From Mobula hypostoma (taxonomy: Eukaryota): 64,000 nucleotides of DNA. The stretch spans positions 12,834,001-12,898,000 of the forward strand of contig NC_086108.1 of the NCBI RefSeq assembly GCF_963921235.1, read 5' to 3'. Below the pieces are notes generated by a model, which saw nothing but the letters and a program-made list of their open reading frames with translations, was not told where the DNA came from and ran no database searches. Positions 11,945 to 24,900 of the stretch are shown one piece after another; the stretch's first letter is position 1; the number at the start of each line of letters is the position of its first letter. The position numbers and the translations under genes were made by a program.

Positions 11945-12296
11945 GGAGAGACCGGTCAAATACAGGACCCTTCCCCCAGGAGCAGCGAGCAAGAGGGAGT
12001 GAGAGACCAGTCAAACTCAGACACCTTCCTCCGACAGCATCGAGCGAAAGGGTCAGACAGACCGGTCAAACGCAGACACCTTCCCCTGACAGCATCGAGC
12101 GAAGGGATCAGAGATACCGGTTAAACGCAGACACCTTCCTCCGACAGCATCGAGCGAAAGGGTCAGACAGACCGATCAAACGCAGACACCTTCCCCTGAC
12201 AGCATCAAGCAAAGGGATCAGACAGATGGGTCAAACGCAGACGCCTTCCTCCAACAGCATCGAGCAAAAGGGTCAGAGAGACCGGTCAAACGCAGG
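11945..12296 (+). repeat. 55-bp minisatellite, ~6.3 copies, with alternating variants (110-bp dimer)
   Basis: ACCGGTCAAA-like anchors at 11951, 12006, 12061, 12116, 12171, 12226 and 12281. Units alternate CCTCCGACAGC...AAAGGGTCA and CCCCTGACAGC...AAGGGATCA. Confidence 0.93.
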
Positions 12297-12399
12297 TAGA
12301 GGGCATTGAACACCCAGTTGCCCTCTGCTCTTGTCCTCGTTGATTTCTCTGAGATTGCAGAGGAGTTTGCCAGGTGATCAAAATAATGAGGTGTCTCGT

Positions 12400-12515
12400 T
12401 GGAAGAGTTGAGAATCACAGAATCAAAGTGACCAGCAGTGGAACCAGATGGTTACATGGGAAAATATTTTCAGTGCAGAGCGTGAGTGGGATTTGGAATG
12501 CACTGGCCAGGAGGG
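12400..12515 (+). mobile_element. Highly decayed CR1 ORF2 C-terminal remnant
   Basis: Translates HRIKVT...GKIFSVQSVSGIWNALA, resembling the CR1 motif HxxKxxG...xxFFTQRVVxxWNxLP. Confidence 0.45.
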
Positions 12516-12782
12516 GATGGTGGGGAGTCGAGATGGATTATTCACATTGTTCACAGGGGAGAAGGTAGGGAGTGGAATGAGTACAATTGTTTTAACAGTC
12601 AGGTCCCATCACCCTCTGTCTGTGCAATAACCTCTCGCTGATTCTGCACCACCTAACGATCATAATTGTCAATCTGCACATGGTTTGAGTTTCCGATTCA
12701 CAGCCACATCGAGACATTCAGAATTTTCCGCTCCAGCCTTACAGCTTTGCCCCTGGTAATACTGAAGTAACATTAAATCTTT

Positions 12783-12865
12783 GAATCAGAATCAGGTTTA
12801 CTGGCAGTGATGTCTGTCATTAAACGTGTTGTTTTGTGGCAGCAGGATAGTGAAATACATCAAAT
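12783..12865 (-). mobile_element. Short retroelement 3' end with (GAATCA)2 microsatellite tail
   Basis: GAATCAGAATCAGGTTTA start has the same tail-then-TTTA layout as the Rex1-like ends at 8666, 10281 and 11508. Family assignment is inference. Confidence 0.35.
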
Positions 12866-12886
12866 GTATTACAGGTTAGAAATAGC

Positions 12887-13152
12887 TTGGCATTTGAGAG
12901 GGTGCAAACAGGATTCATGAAAAAAATTCCAGAGTTGAAAGGCTTGTCACATTAGGAGCATTTGATGACTCTGGGCCTGTATTCACTGGAGTTCAGAACA
13001 ATGAGGGGTGACCTCATTGAAACCTATCAAATCTTGGAAAGCCTCAATAGAGTGGATGTGGAGAGAATTGTTCTTATTGTGGGGGAGTCTAGGACCAGAG
13101 GACACAGCCTCAGAATAAAGGGGCGTCCATTTAGAACAGAGGTGAGAAGGAA
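12887..13152 (+). mobile_element. Older CR1 LINE 3' fragment, left half (host of a nested insertion)
   Basis: ORF 12962-13249 reads LGLYSLEFRTMRGDLIETYQIL...ESRTRGHSLRIKGRPFRTEVRRN, the CR1 ORF2 C-terminus, and breaks off at AGAAGGAA (13152). Confidence 0.9.
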
Positions 13153-15768
13153 CATAGAACATAGAATAGTACAGCACATTACAGGCCATTTGGCCCACAA
13201 TGTTGTGCCAACCCTCAAACCCTGCCTCCCATATAACCTCCCACTTTAAATACCTGTCTACTATTCTCTTAAACTTCACTAGTGTATCTGCCTCCACCAT
13301 TGACTCAGGCAGTGCATTCCACGCACCAACCATTCTCTGAGTAAAAAACCTTCCTCTAATATCCCCCTTGAACTTCCCACCCCTTACCTTAAAGCCTTGT
13401 CCTCTTGTGTTGAGCAATGGTGCCCTGGGGAAGAGGCATTGGCTGTCCACTCTATCTATTCCTCTGAATATCTTATGTACCTCTATCATGTCTCCTCCCA
13501 TCCTCCTTCTCTCCAAAGAGTAAAGCCCTAGCTCCCTTAATCACTGATCATAATCCATACTCTCTAAACCAGTCAGCATCCTGGTAAATCTCCTCTGTAC
13601 CCTTTCCAATGCTTCCACATCCTTCCTACAGTGAGGGGACCAGAACTGGACACAGTACTCCAAGTGTGGCCTAACCAGAGTTTTATAGAGCTGCATCATT
13701 ACCTCACGACTCTTAAACTCTATCCCTCGACTTATGAAAGCTAACACCCCATAAGCTTTCTTAACAACCTTATCTACCTATGAGGCAACTTTCAGGGATC
13801 TATGGCCAAGTAACCCGAGATCCCTCTGCTCCTCCACACTACCAAGTGTCCTGCCATTTACTTTGGACTCTGCCTTGGAGTTTGTCCTTCCAAAGTGTAC
13901 CACCTCACACTTCTCTGGGTTGAACTCCATCTGCCACTTCTCAGCCCACTTCTGCATCCTATCAATGTCTCTCTGCAACCTTCAACAATCCTCTACACTA
14001 TCTACAACACCACCAACTTTTGTGTCATCTGCAAACTTGCCAAGCTACGCTTCTACCCCCACATCCAGGTTGTTAATAAAAATCACGAAAAGTAGAAGTC
14101 CCAGAACCGATCCTTGTGGGACACCACTAGTCACAACCCTCCAATCTGAATGTATTCCCTCCACCACAACCCTCTGCCTTCTGCAGGCAAGCCAATTCTG
14201 GATCCACCCGGCCATACCTCCCTGGATCCCATGCATCCTTACTAAAATCCATGTAGATCACATCCACTACACTACTCTCATCTATATGCCTGGTCACCTC
14301 CTCAAAGAACTCTATCAGGCTTGTTAGACACGATTTGCCCTTCACAAAGCCATCCTGATGGTCCCTGATCAGACCATGTTTCTCTAAATGCCCACAGATC
14401 CTATCTGTAAGAATCTTTTCCAGCATTGTTCCCACAACAGACGTAAGGCTCACTGGTCTATAATTACCCGGAATATCCCTACTACATTTTTTGAACAAGA
14501 GGACAACATTTGCCTCCATCCAATCCTCCAGTACCATTCCCGTGGAAAATGAGGACATAAAGATCCTAGCCAGAGGCTCAGCAATCTCTTCCCTCGCCTC
14601 GTCAGGCCCTGGGGACTTACCCGTCCTAATGTATTTTAACAACTCCAACACCTCCTCTCCCTCAATATCAACATGCTCCAGAACATCAACCTCACTCATA
14701 TTGTCCTCACCGTCATCAAGATCCCTCTCATTGGTGAATATTGAAGAGAAGTATTCATTGAGGACTTCGCTCACTTCCACAGCTTCCAGGCACATCTTCC
14801 CACCTTTATCTCTAATTGGTCCTACCTTCACTCCTGTCATCCTTTTGTTCTTCACATAATTGAAGAATGTCTTGGGGTTTTCCTTTACCCTGCTCGCCAA
14901 GGCCTTCTCATGCGCCCTTCTTGCTCTTCTCAGCCCCTTCTTAAGCTCCATTCTTGCTTCCCTATATTCCTTAATAGACCCATCTGATCCTTGCTTCCTA
15001 AAACTCATGTATGCTGCCGTCTTCCACCTGACTAGATTTTCCACCTCACTTGTCACCCATGGTTCCTTCCCCCTACCATTCTTTATCTTCCTCACCAGGA
15101 CAAATTTATCCCTAACATCCTGCAAAGATCTCTAAACATCGACCACATGTCCATAGTACTTTTCCCTGCAAAAACATCATCCCAATTCACACCTGCAAGT
15201 TCTAGCCTCATAGCCTCATAATTTGCCCTTCCCCAATTAAAAATTTTCCAGTCCTCTCTGATCCTATCCTTTTCCATGATAATGCTAAAGGCCAGGGAGC
15301 GGTGGTCACTGTCCCCCAGATGCTCACCCACCGAGAGATCTGTGACCTGACCCGGTTCATTACCTAGTACTAGATCTAGTATGGCAATCCCCCTAGTCGG
15401 CATGTCCACATACTGTGACAGGAATCCGTCCTGGACACACTTAACAAACTCTGCCCTGTCTAAACCATTGGAACTAATCAGGTGCCAATCAATATTACGG
15501 AAGATAAAGTCACGCATGATAACAACTCTGTTATTTTTGCACCTTTCCAAAATCTGCCTCCCAATCTGCTCCTCGGTATCTATACAGCTACCAGGGGGCC
15601 TAAAGAATACTCCCAATAGAGTAACTGCGCTTCGACGGCTCTTCCTGTTCCTGACTAACACCCATACTGACTCAAAAGAGGATCCTGCTACATTACCTAC
15701 GCTTTCTGTAGCTGTAATAGTATCCCTGACCAGCAATACCACCCCTCCTCCCATTTTCCCACGTCTCT
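13153..15768 (-). mobile_element. CR1 LINE, 5'-truncated (~2.6 kb), decayed ORF2 with partial APE endonuclease plus RT; nested in an older CR1
   Basis: Six collinear minus-strand ORF pieces carry endonuclease motifs (GGGVVLLV, FFRPP, LDLV, SDH) and RT motifs ([28 protein letters not shown] at ~14020-14040, RPHLEYCVQFWSP, FFTQR). (TTCTATG)n tail at 13150-13167. Multiple frameshifts, stops and deletions. Confidence 0.95.
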
Positions 15769-15958
15769 ATTCCATTAGCCAGAGAGTAGTGCATCTGTAG
15801 GGTTCGTTGCCAGTTGGCAGTGAAGGACCAGTCACTGGATGCACTTAAGGTGGAGGTTGATAGGTTTGTGATTAGTCTTGTGAAAGGATATGCGGAGAAG
15901 GCAGGAGAATGATACAACCATGATGGAATGGAGCAGCAGACTTGATGGGCCAAATTGG
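15769..15958 (+). mobile_element. Older CR1 LINE 3' fragment, right half; runs directly into satellite B
   Basis: Resumes the host element (...TTAGCCAGAGAGTAGTGCATCTGTAG = SQRVVHL*), then AAAGGATATGCGGAGAAGGCAGGA and 3' UTR GCAGACTTGATGGGCCAAATTGGC. The terminal tail is missing. Confidence 0.85.
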
Positions 15959-18900
15959 CTATGACAACATTAATCCCCACTATCACCACTGGCTATGACA
16001 ACATTAATCCACAGTATCACCATTGGCAATGACAACATTAATCCCCACTGTCACCCTGGCTATGACAACATTAATTCCCATTATCACCCCTGCTATGACA
16101 ACATTAATCCCCACTAACACCCCTAGGTATGACAACGTTAATCCCCATTATCAACCCTAGCTATGACAACATTAATCCCCAATATCACCCCTGCTATGGC
16201 AACATTAATCCCCACTATCACCCCTGGCTATGACAACATTATTCCCACTATCACTATTGGCTATGACAATATAAATCCCCAAAATCACCACTAGCTATGA
16301 CAACATTAAACCCCACTACCACCATTGGCGAAGACAACATGAATCCCCACTATCACCCCTGGCTATGACAACATTAATCCCCACTACCACCAATGGCGAT
16401 GACAACATGAATCCCCACTATCACCCCTGACTATGACAACATTAATCCCCACTCAAACCCCTGCTAAAACAACTTTAATCCTTACTATCACCATTGGGTA
16501 TGACAACATAAACTGCACTATCACCCTGGGTATGACAATTTTAATCCCCACTACCACCCCTACTATTACAACATTAATCCCCACTCAAACCCCTGCTATG
16601 ACAATATTAATCCTCACTATCACCATTGGCTGTGACAACATCAATCCCCACTATCACCTCTGCTATGACAACATTAATTCCCACTATCACCATTGGCTAT
16701 GACAACACTTATCGCCAATATCATCCCTGCCTATGACAAAATTAATCACCAATATCAACCCTCGCGAAGACAATATTAATCCTCACTATCACCCCTGGCT
16801 ATTTCAACATTAATCCCCACTATTACCATTGGTCTATGACAACATTAATCCCCAGTATCACCCCTGCTATGAAAATTTTAATCCACACTCTCACCCCTGT
16901 TTATGACAACAATAGTTCCCACTATCACTATTGGCTATGACAACATTAATCCCTAATATCACCCATAGCTATGACAACATTAAACTGGACTATCACCCCT
17001 GGCTAAGACAACATTAATCCCCACTATCATCCCTGCTATGACAACATTAATCCCCACTATCACCATTGTTATGACAACATTAAACCCCACTATCACCCCT
17101 GCGATGAAAACATTAATCCCTACTATCACCATTGGCTGTGACAACATCAATACCCACTATCATCCCTGGCTATGACAACATGAAACCCGACAATAACCAT
17201 TGGGTATAACAACATTAATCACCACGATCACCCCTGGCTATGATGACATTAATCCCCACTGTCACCATTGGCAATGACAACATTAATCCCCAATATCACC
17301 CCTGGTTATGACAACATTAATCCCTACTATCACCATTGGCTATGACAAAATTAAACTCTACTATCACCCCGGCTATGACAACATTAATCCCCATTAATAC
17401 CCCTGCTATGACAAAATTAATCCTCACTATCACAATTGGCAATGACAACACTCATCCCCACCACCACCCCTGGCGCTGACAACATTAATCCCCACTATCA
17501 CCCCTCCTGTGACAACATTAATCCCCACTCTCACCATTGGTGATGACAACATTAAACCCCACTATCACGTCTAGCTATGACAACATTAAACGGCACTATC
17601 ACCCCTGGCTATCAAAACATTACTCCCCACTATCACCATTGGCTATAACAACATTAATCCCCGATATCACCCCTGCTGTGACAACATTAAACCCCACTAT
17701 CACCCCTCGCTGTAACAACATTAATCCCCACTATCACCCATGCTATGACAAAATTAATCCCCATTAATACCCCAGCTATGACAACATTAATCCTCAGTAT
17801 CACAATTGGCAATGACAACACTAATCCCCACTATCACCCCTGGCTATGACAACATTAATCCCCACCATCACCCCTGGCTATGACAACATTAATCCCCACT
17901 ATAACGTCTAAATATGACAAAATTAAACCGCACTATCACCCCTGGCTATGAAAACATTAATCCCCACTATAACTATTGGTTATGACAACATTAATCCCCA
18001 ATATCACAACTGCTATGACATCATTAATCCCCACTATCACCCCTGCTGTTACAACATTAATCCCCACTATCACCCCTGGCTATGACAAAATGAATCCCGA
18101 CTATCACCCATGCTATGACAAAATTAATCCCCATTAATATCCCTGCTATGACAACATTAATCCTCAGTATCACAATTGGCAATGACAACACTAATCCCCA
18201 CTATCACCCCTGGCTATAACAACGTTAATCCCCACTATCACCCCTGGCTATGACAACATGAATCCCGACTATCACCACTGGCGATGACAACATTAATACC
18301 CACTATCACCCTTGGCTATGACAATATTAAACCCCACTATCACCATTGGCTGTGACAACATTAATCCCCAATATCACACTTGCTATGACAACATTATTCC
18401 CCACTATCACCACTGCTGTGACAACATTAATCCACAAAAAAACCCCTGGCTATGACAACAATAATCCCCACTATCATCCCTGGCTGTTTCGACATTAATC
18501 CCCACTATCACCATTGGTCTATGACAACATTAATCAACACAATCACCCCTGGCTATTTCAGCATTCATCCCCACAATTGCCAGTGGTCTATGACAATATT
18601 AATCCCCAGTATCACCCTTGCTATGAAAATATTAATCCCCACTATAATCACTTGCTATGACAACATTGATTCTCTCTATCACTGTTGGCTATGATAACAT
18701 GAATCCTCACGATCACCCCTAGCAATGACAAAATTAATCCCCACTATCACCCCTGACTATGACAACATTAATACTCATTATCATGCCTGCTATGTCAAAA
18801 TTAATCCTCACTATCACCATTGGCAATGACAACATTAATCCCCACTCTCACGCCTGCTATGACAACATTAATCCCCTTTATCACCATTGTTATGAGAACA

Positions 18901-21900
18901 TCAATCCCCACTATCACCCATGGCTATGACAACATTAATCCCCACTACGACCCCTGTTATGACAACATTAATCCCCATTATCACCCCTGCTATGACAACA
19001 TTTATCCCTCTATCACCACTGGCTATGACGACATTAAACCCCAGAATCACGACTAGCTATGACAAAATTAAACGGGACCATCACCCCTGGCTATGACAAC
19101 ATCAATCACCACTATCAACCATGGTTATGAAAACATTAATCCCCACTATGACCCCTGTTATGACAACATTAATCCCCATTATCACCCCTGCTATGACAAC
19201 ATTTATTCCTCTATCACCATTGGCTATGACAATATTAAACTCCACAATCACGTCCAGCTATGACAAAATTAAACGGGACTATCACCCCTGGCTATGAAAA
19301 CATTAATCCCCACTATCACCATTGGCTATGACAACATTAATCCCCGATATCACCCCTGCTGTGACAACATTAATCCCCACTATCACCACTGCTATGACAA
19401 CATTAATCCCCTCTATCACCCATGCTATGACAAAATTAAACCCCATTAATACCCCTGCTATGACAACATTAATCCTAAATATCACAATTGACAATGACAA
19501 CACTCGTCCCCACTATCACCCCTGGCTGTGACAAAATTAATCCCCACTATCCCCCCTGCTATGACAACATTAATCCCCACTATCACCCCTGGGTATGACA
19601 ACATTAATCCCAACCATCACCCCTGGCTATGACAACATTAATCCCCACTATCATCCCTGCTATGACAACATTAATCCCCACTATCACCATTGTTATGACA
19701 ACATTAAACCCCACTATCACCCCTGCTATAAAAACATTAATCCTTACTATCAGCATTGGCTATGACAACAACAATACCCATTATCACCCCTCGCTATGAC
19801 CACATTCATCCCCACTATCACCCCTGACTATGACAACATGAATCCTGACTAGCACCACTGGCGATGACAACATTAATCCCAATATCACACCTGCTATGAC
19901 AATATTAATCCCCACTATCACCACTGCTGTGACAACATTAATCCCCAAAGAAACGCCTGGCTATGACAACAATAATCCCCACTATCATCCCTGGCTGTTT
20001 CGACATTAATCCCCACTATCAACATTGGTCTATGAAAACATTAATCAACACAATCACCCCTGGCTATTTCAGCATTCATCCCCACAATTACCAGTAGTCT
20101 ATGACAATATTAATCCCCAGTATCACCCCTGCTATGAAAATATTAATCCCCACTATCACCCCTGGCTATGACAACATTAATCTCCACTATCACCATTGGC
20201 GATGACAACATTAATCCCCACGATCACCCCTGGCTAGAACAACATTAATCCCCACTATCACCCCTGCTATGAAAATATTAATCCCCACTATCACCCCTGG
20301 CTATGACAACATTAATCTCCACTATCACCATTGGCGATGACAACATTAATCCCCACGATCACCCCTGGCTAGAACAACATTAATCCCCACTATCACCCCT
20401 GGCTATGACAACATTAATCTCCACTATCACCATTGGCGATGACAACATTAATCCCCACGATCACCCCTGGCTAGAACAACATTAATCCCCACGATCACCC
20501 CTGGCTATGACAACATTAATCCCCACTATCACCCCTGGCTATGACAACATTAATCTCCACTATCACCATTGGCGATGACAACATTAATCCCCACGATCAC
20601 CCCTGGCTAGAACAACATTAATCCCCACTATCACCCCTGGCTATGACAACATTAATCTCCACTATCACCATTGGCGATGACAACATTAATCCCCACTCTC
20701 ACGCCTGCTATGACAACATTAATCCCCATTATCACACTTGCTAAAACAACTTTAATCCTCACTATCACCATTGGCTATGACAACATCAATCCGCACTATC
20801 ACCCTGGCTGTGACAATTTTAATCCCCACTACCACCCCTACTATTACAACATTAATCCCCAGTCAAACCCCTGCTATGACAACATTAATCCTTACTATCA
20901 CCATTGGCTGTGACAACATCAATCCCCACTATCACCTCTGCTATGACAACATTAATCCCCACTTTCACCATTGGCTATGACAACACTAATCGCCAATATC
21001 ATCCCTGGCTATGACAACATTAATCACCAATATCAACCCTCGCGATGACAACATTAATCCTCACTATCATCCCTGGCTATTTCAACATTAATCCCCAATA
21101 TTACCATTGGTCTATGACAACATCAATCCCCAGTATCACCCCCGCTATGCAAATTTTAATCCCCACTATCACGCCTGGCAAAAACAACATTAAACCCCAT
21201 TATCACCCCTGGCTATGACAACATTAATCCCCACTATCACCATTGGCTATGACAACATTAAACCCCACAATCACGTCTAGCTATGACAAAATTAAACGGG
21301 ACTATCACCCCGGGCTATGAAAACATTAATCCCCACTATCACCTATGGGTATGACAACATTAATCCCCAGCATCACCCCTGGCTATGACAACATTAAACC
21401 CCACTATCACCCCTGCTATGAAAACATTAATCCCCACTATCACCATTCGCCAAGACAAAATTAATCCCCACTATCACCCCTCCTATGACAACATTAATCC
21501 CCACTATTACCTATGGATATGATAACATTAATCCCCACTATCACACCTAGCTATGACAACATTAAACCGCACTTTCACCCCTGGCTATAACAACATTAAT
21601 CCCCACTATCACCCCTGGCTATGAAAACATTAATCCCCACTATCACCCCTGCCATGACAACATTAATCCCCACTATCACCACTGCTATGACAACATCAAT
21701 CCCCACTATCGCCCATGGCTATGACAACATTAATCCCCACTACGAACCCTGTTATGACAACATTAATCCCCATTATCACCCCTGCTATGACAACATTTAT
21801 CCCTCTATCACCATTGGCTATGACGACATTAAACCCCACAATCACGTCTAGCTATGAATAAATTAAATGGGACTATCACCCCTGGCTATGAAAACATTAA

Positions 21901-24900
21901 TCCCCACTATCACCATTGGCTACGACAGCATTAATCCCCGATATCACCCCTGCTGTGACAACATTAATCCCCACTATCACCACTGCCATGACAACATTAA
22001 TCCCCTCTATCACCCATGCTATGAAAAAATTAATCCCCATTAATATCCCTGTAATGATAACATTAATCCTAAATATCACAATTGACAATGACAACACTCG
22101 TCCCCACGATCACTCCTGGCTGTGACAACATTAATCCCCAATATCACCCCTCCAATGACAACATTAATCCCCACTATCACCCCTGGGTATGACAAAATTA
22201 ATCCCAACCATCACCCCTGGCTATGACAACATTAACCCCACTATCAGCCCTGCTATGACAACATTAATCCCCACTATCACCATTGTTATGACAACATTAA
22301 TCCCCACTACGACCCCTTTTATGACAACATTAATCCCCACTTTCACCCCTGCTATGACAACATCAATCCCCACTATCACCATTGGCTATAACAAAATTAA
22401 TCCCCACTATCACTATTGGCTATGACAAGATTAAACTCTACTATCACCCCTGCAAGGACAACATTAATCCCCACTATCACCACTGCTATGACAACATTAA
22501 TCCCCACTGTGACCAATGGCGATGACAACATTAATCCCCACTATCACGCCTAGCTATGACAACATTAAACCGCTCTATCACCCCTGGCTATGACAACATT
22601 AATTCCCACTATCACCCCTGGCTATGAAAACATTAATCCCCAACATCACCCCTGCCATGACAACATTAATCCCCACTATCACCACTGCTATGACAACATC
22701 AATCCCCACTATCACACATGGCTATGACAACATTAATCCCCAATATGACCCCTGTTATGACAACATCAATCCTCACTATCACCATTGGCAATGACAACAT
22801 TAATCCCCACTCTCACGCCTGCTATGACAACATTAATCCCCATTATCACACTTGCTAAAACAACTTTAATCCTCACTATCACCATTGGCTATGACAATTT
22901 TAATCCCCACTACCACCCCTACTATTACAACATTAATCCCCACTCAAACCCCTGCTATGACAATATTAATCCTCACTATCACCATTGGCTGTGACAACAT
23001 CAATCCCCACTATCACCTCTGCTATGACAACATTAATCCCCACTTTCACCATTGGCTATGACAACATTAATCACCAATATCAACCCTCGCGATGACAACA
23101 TTAATCCTCACTATCATCCCTGGCTATTTCAACATTAATACCCAATATTACCATTGGTCTATGACAACATCAATCCCCAGTATCACCCCCGCTATGAAAA
23201 TTTTAATCCCCACTATCACCCCTGGCTATGACAACATTAATTCCCACTATCACTATTGGCTATGACAACATTAATCCCCGCTATCAACCATGGCTATGAC
23301 AACATTAATCCCCACTACGAACCCTGTTATGACAACATTAATCCCCATTATCACCCCTGCTATGACAACATTTATCCCTCTATCACCATTGGCTATGACG
23401 ACATTAAACCCCACAATCACGTCTAGCTATGAATAAATTAAATGGGACTATCACCCCTGGCTATGAAAACATTAATCCCCACTATCACCATTGGCTACGA
23501 CAGCATTAATCCCCGATATCACCCCTGCTGTGACAACATTAATCCCCACTATCACCACTGCCATGACAACATTAATCCCCTCTATCACCCATGCTATGAA
23601 AAAATTAATCCCCATTAATATCCCTGTAATGATAACATTAATCCTAAATATCACAATTGACAATGACAACACTCGTCCCCACGATCACTCCTGGCTGTGA
23701 CAACATTAATCCCCAATATCACCCCTCCAATGACAACATTAATCCCCACTATCACCCCTGGGTATGACAAAATTAATCCCAACCATCACCCCTGGCTATG
23801 ACAACATTAACCCCACTATCAGCCCTGCTATGACAACATTAATCCCCACTATCACCATTGTTATGACAACATTAATCCCCACTACGACCCCTTTTATGAC
23901 AACATTAATCCCCACTTTCACCCCTGCTATGACAACATCAATCCCCACTATCACCATTGGCTATAACAAAATTAATCCCCACTATCACTATTGGCTATGA
24001 CAAGATTAAACTCTACTATCACCCCTGCAAGGACAACATTAATCCCCACTATCACCACTGCTATGACAACATTAATCCCCACTGTGACCAATGGCGATGA
24101 CAACATTAATCCCCACTATCACGCCTAGCTATGACAACATTAAACCGCTCTATCACCCCTGGCTATGACAACATTAATTCCCACTATCACCCCTGGCTAT
24201 GAAAACATTAATCCCCAACATCACCCCTGCCATGACAACATTAATCCCCACTATCACCACTGCTATGACAACATCAATCCCCACTATCACACATGGCTAT
24301 GACAACATTAATCCCCAATATGACCCCTGTTATGACAACATCAATCCTCACTATCACCATTGGCAATGACAACATTAATCCCCACTCTCACGCCTGCTAT
24401 GACAACATTAATCCCCATTATCACACTTGCTAAAACAACTTTAATCCTCACTATCACCATTGGCTATGACAATTTTAATCCCCACTACCACCCCTACTAT
24501 TACAACATTAATCCCCACTCAAACCCCTGCTATGACAATATTAATCCTCACTATCACCATTGGCTGTGACAACATCAATCCCCACTATCACCTCTGCTAT
24601 GACAACATTAATCCCCACTTTCACCATTGGCTATGACAACATTAATCACCAATATCAACCCTCGCGATGACAACATTAATCCTCACTATCATCCCTGGCT
24701 ATTTCAACATTAATACCCAATATTACCATTGGTCTATGACAACATCAATCCCCAGTATCACCCCCGCTATGAAAATTTTAATCCCCACTATCACCCCTGG
24801 CTATGACAACATTAATTCCCACTATCACTATTGGCTATGACAACATTAATCCCCGCTATCAACCATGGCTATGACAACATTAATCCCCACTACGAACCCT

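Noticed and set aside
11893..12309. 138-aa Arg/Gln-rich ORF
   Set aside because: It is read-through of the 55-bp minisatellite, has a non-ATG start and shows no splice or domain support.
12715..12775. Candidate next exon after CCTTACAG or GCTCCAG acceptor-like sites
   Set aside because: It does not yield the expected EGF-like cysteine pattern in the required phase; the frame after CCTTACAG stops within about eight codons.
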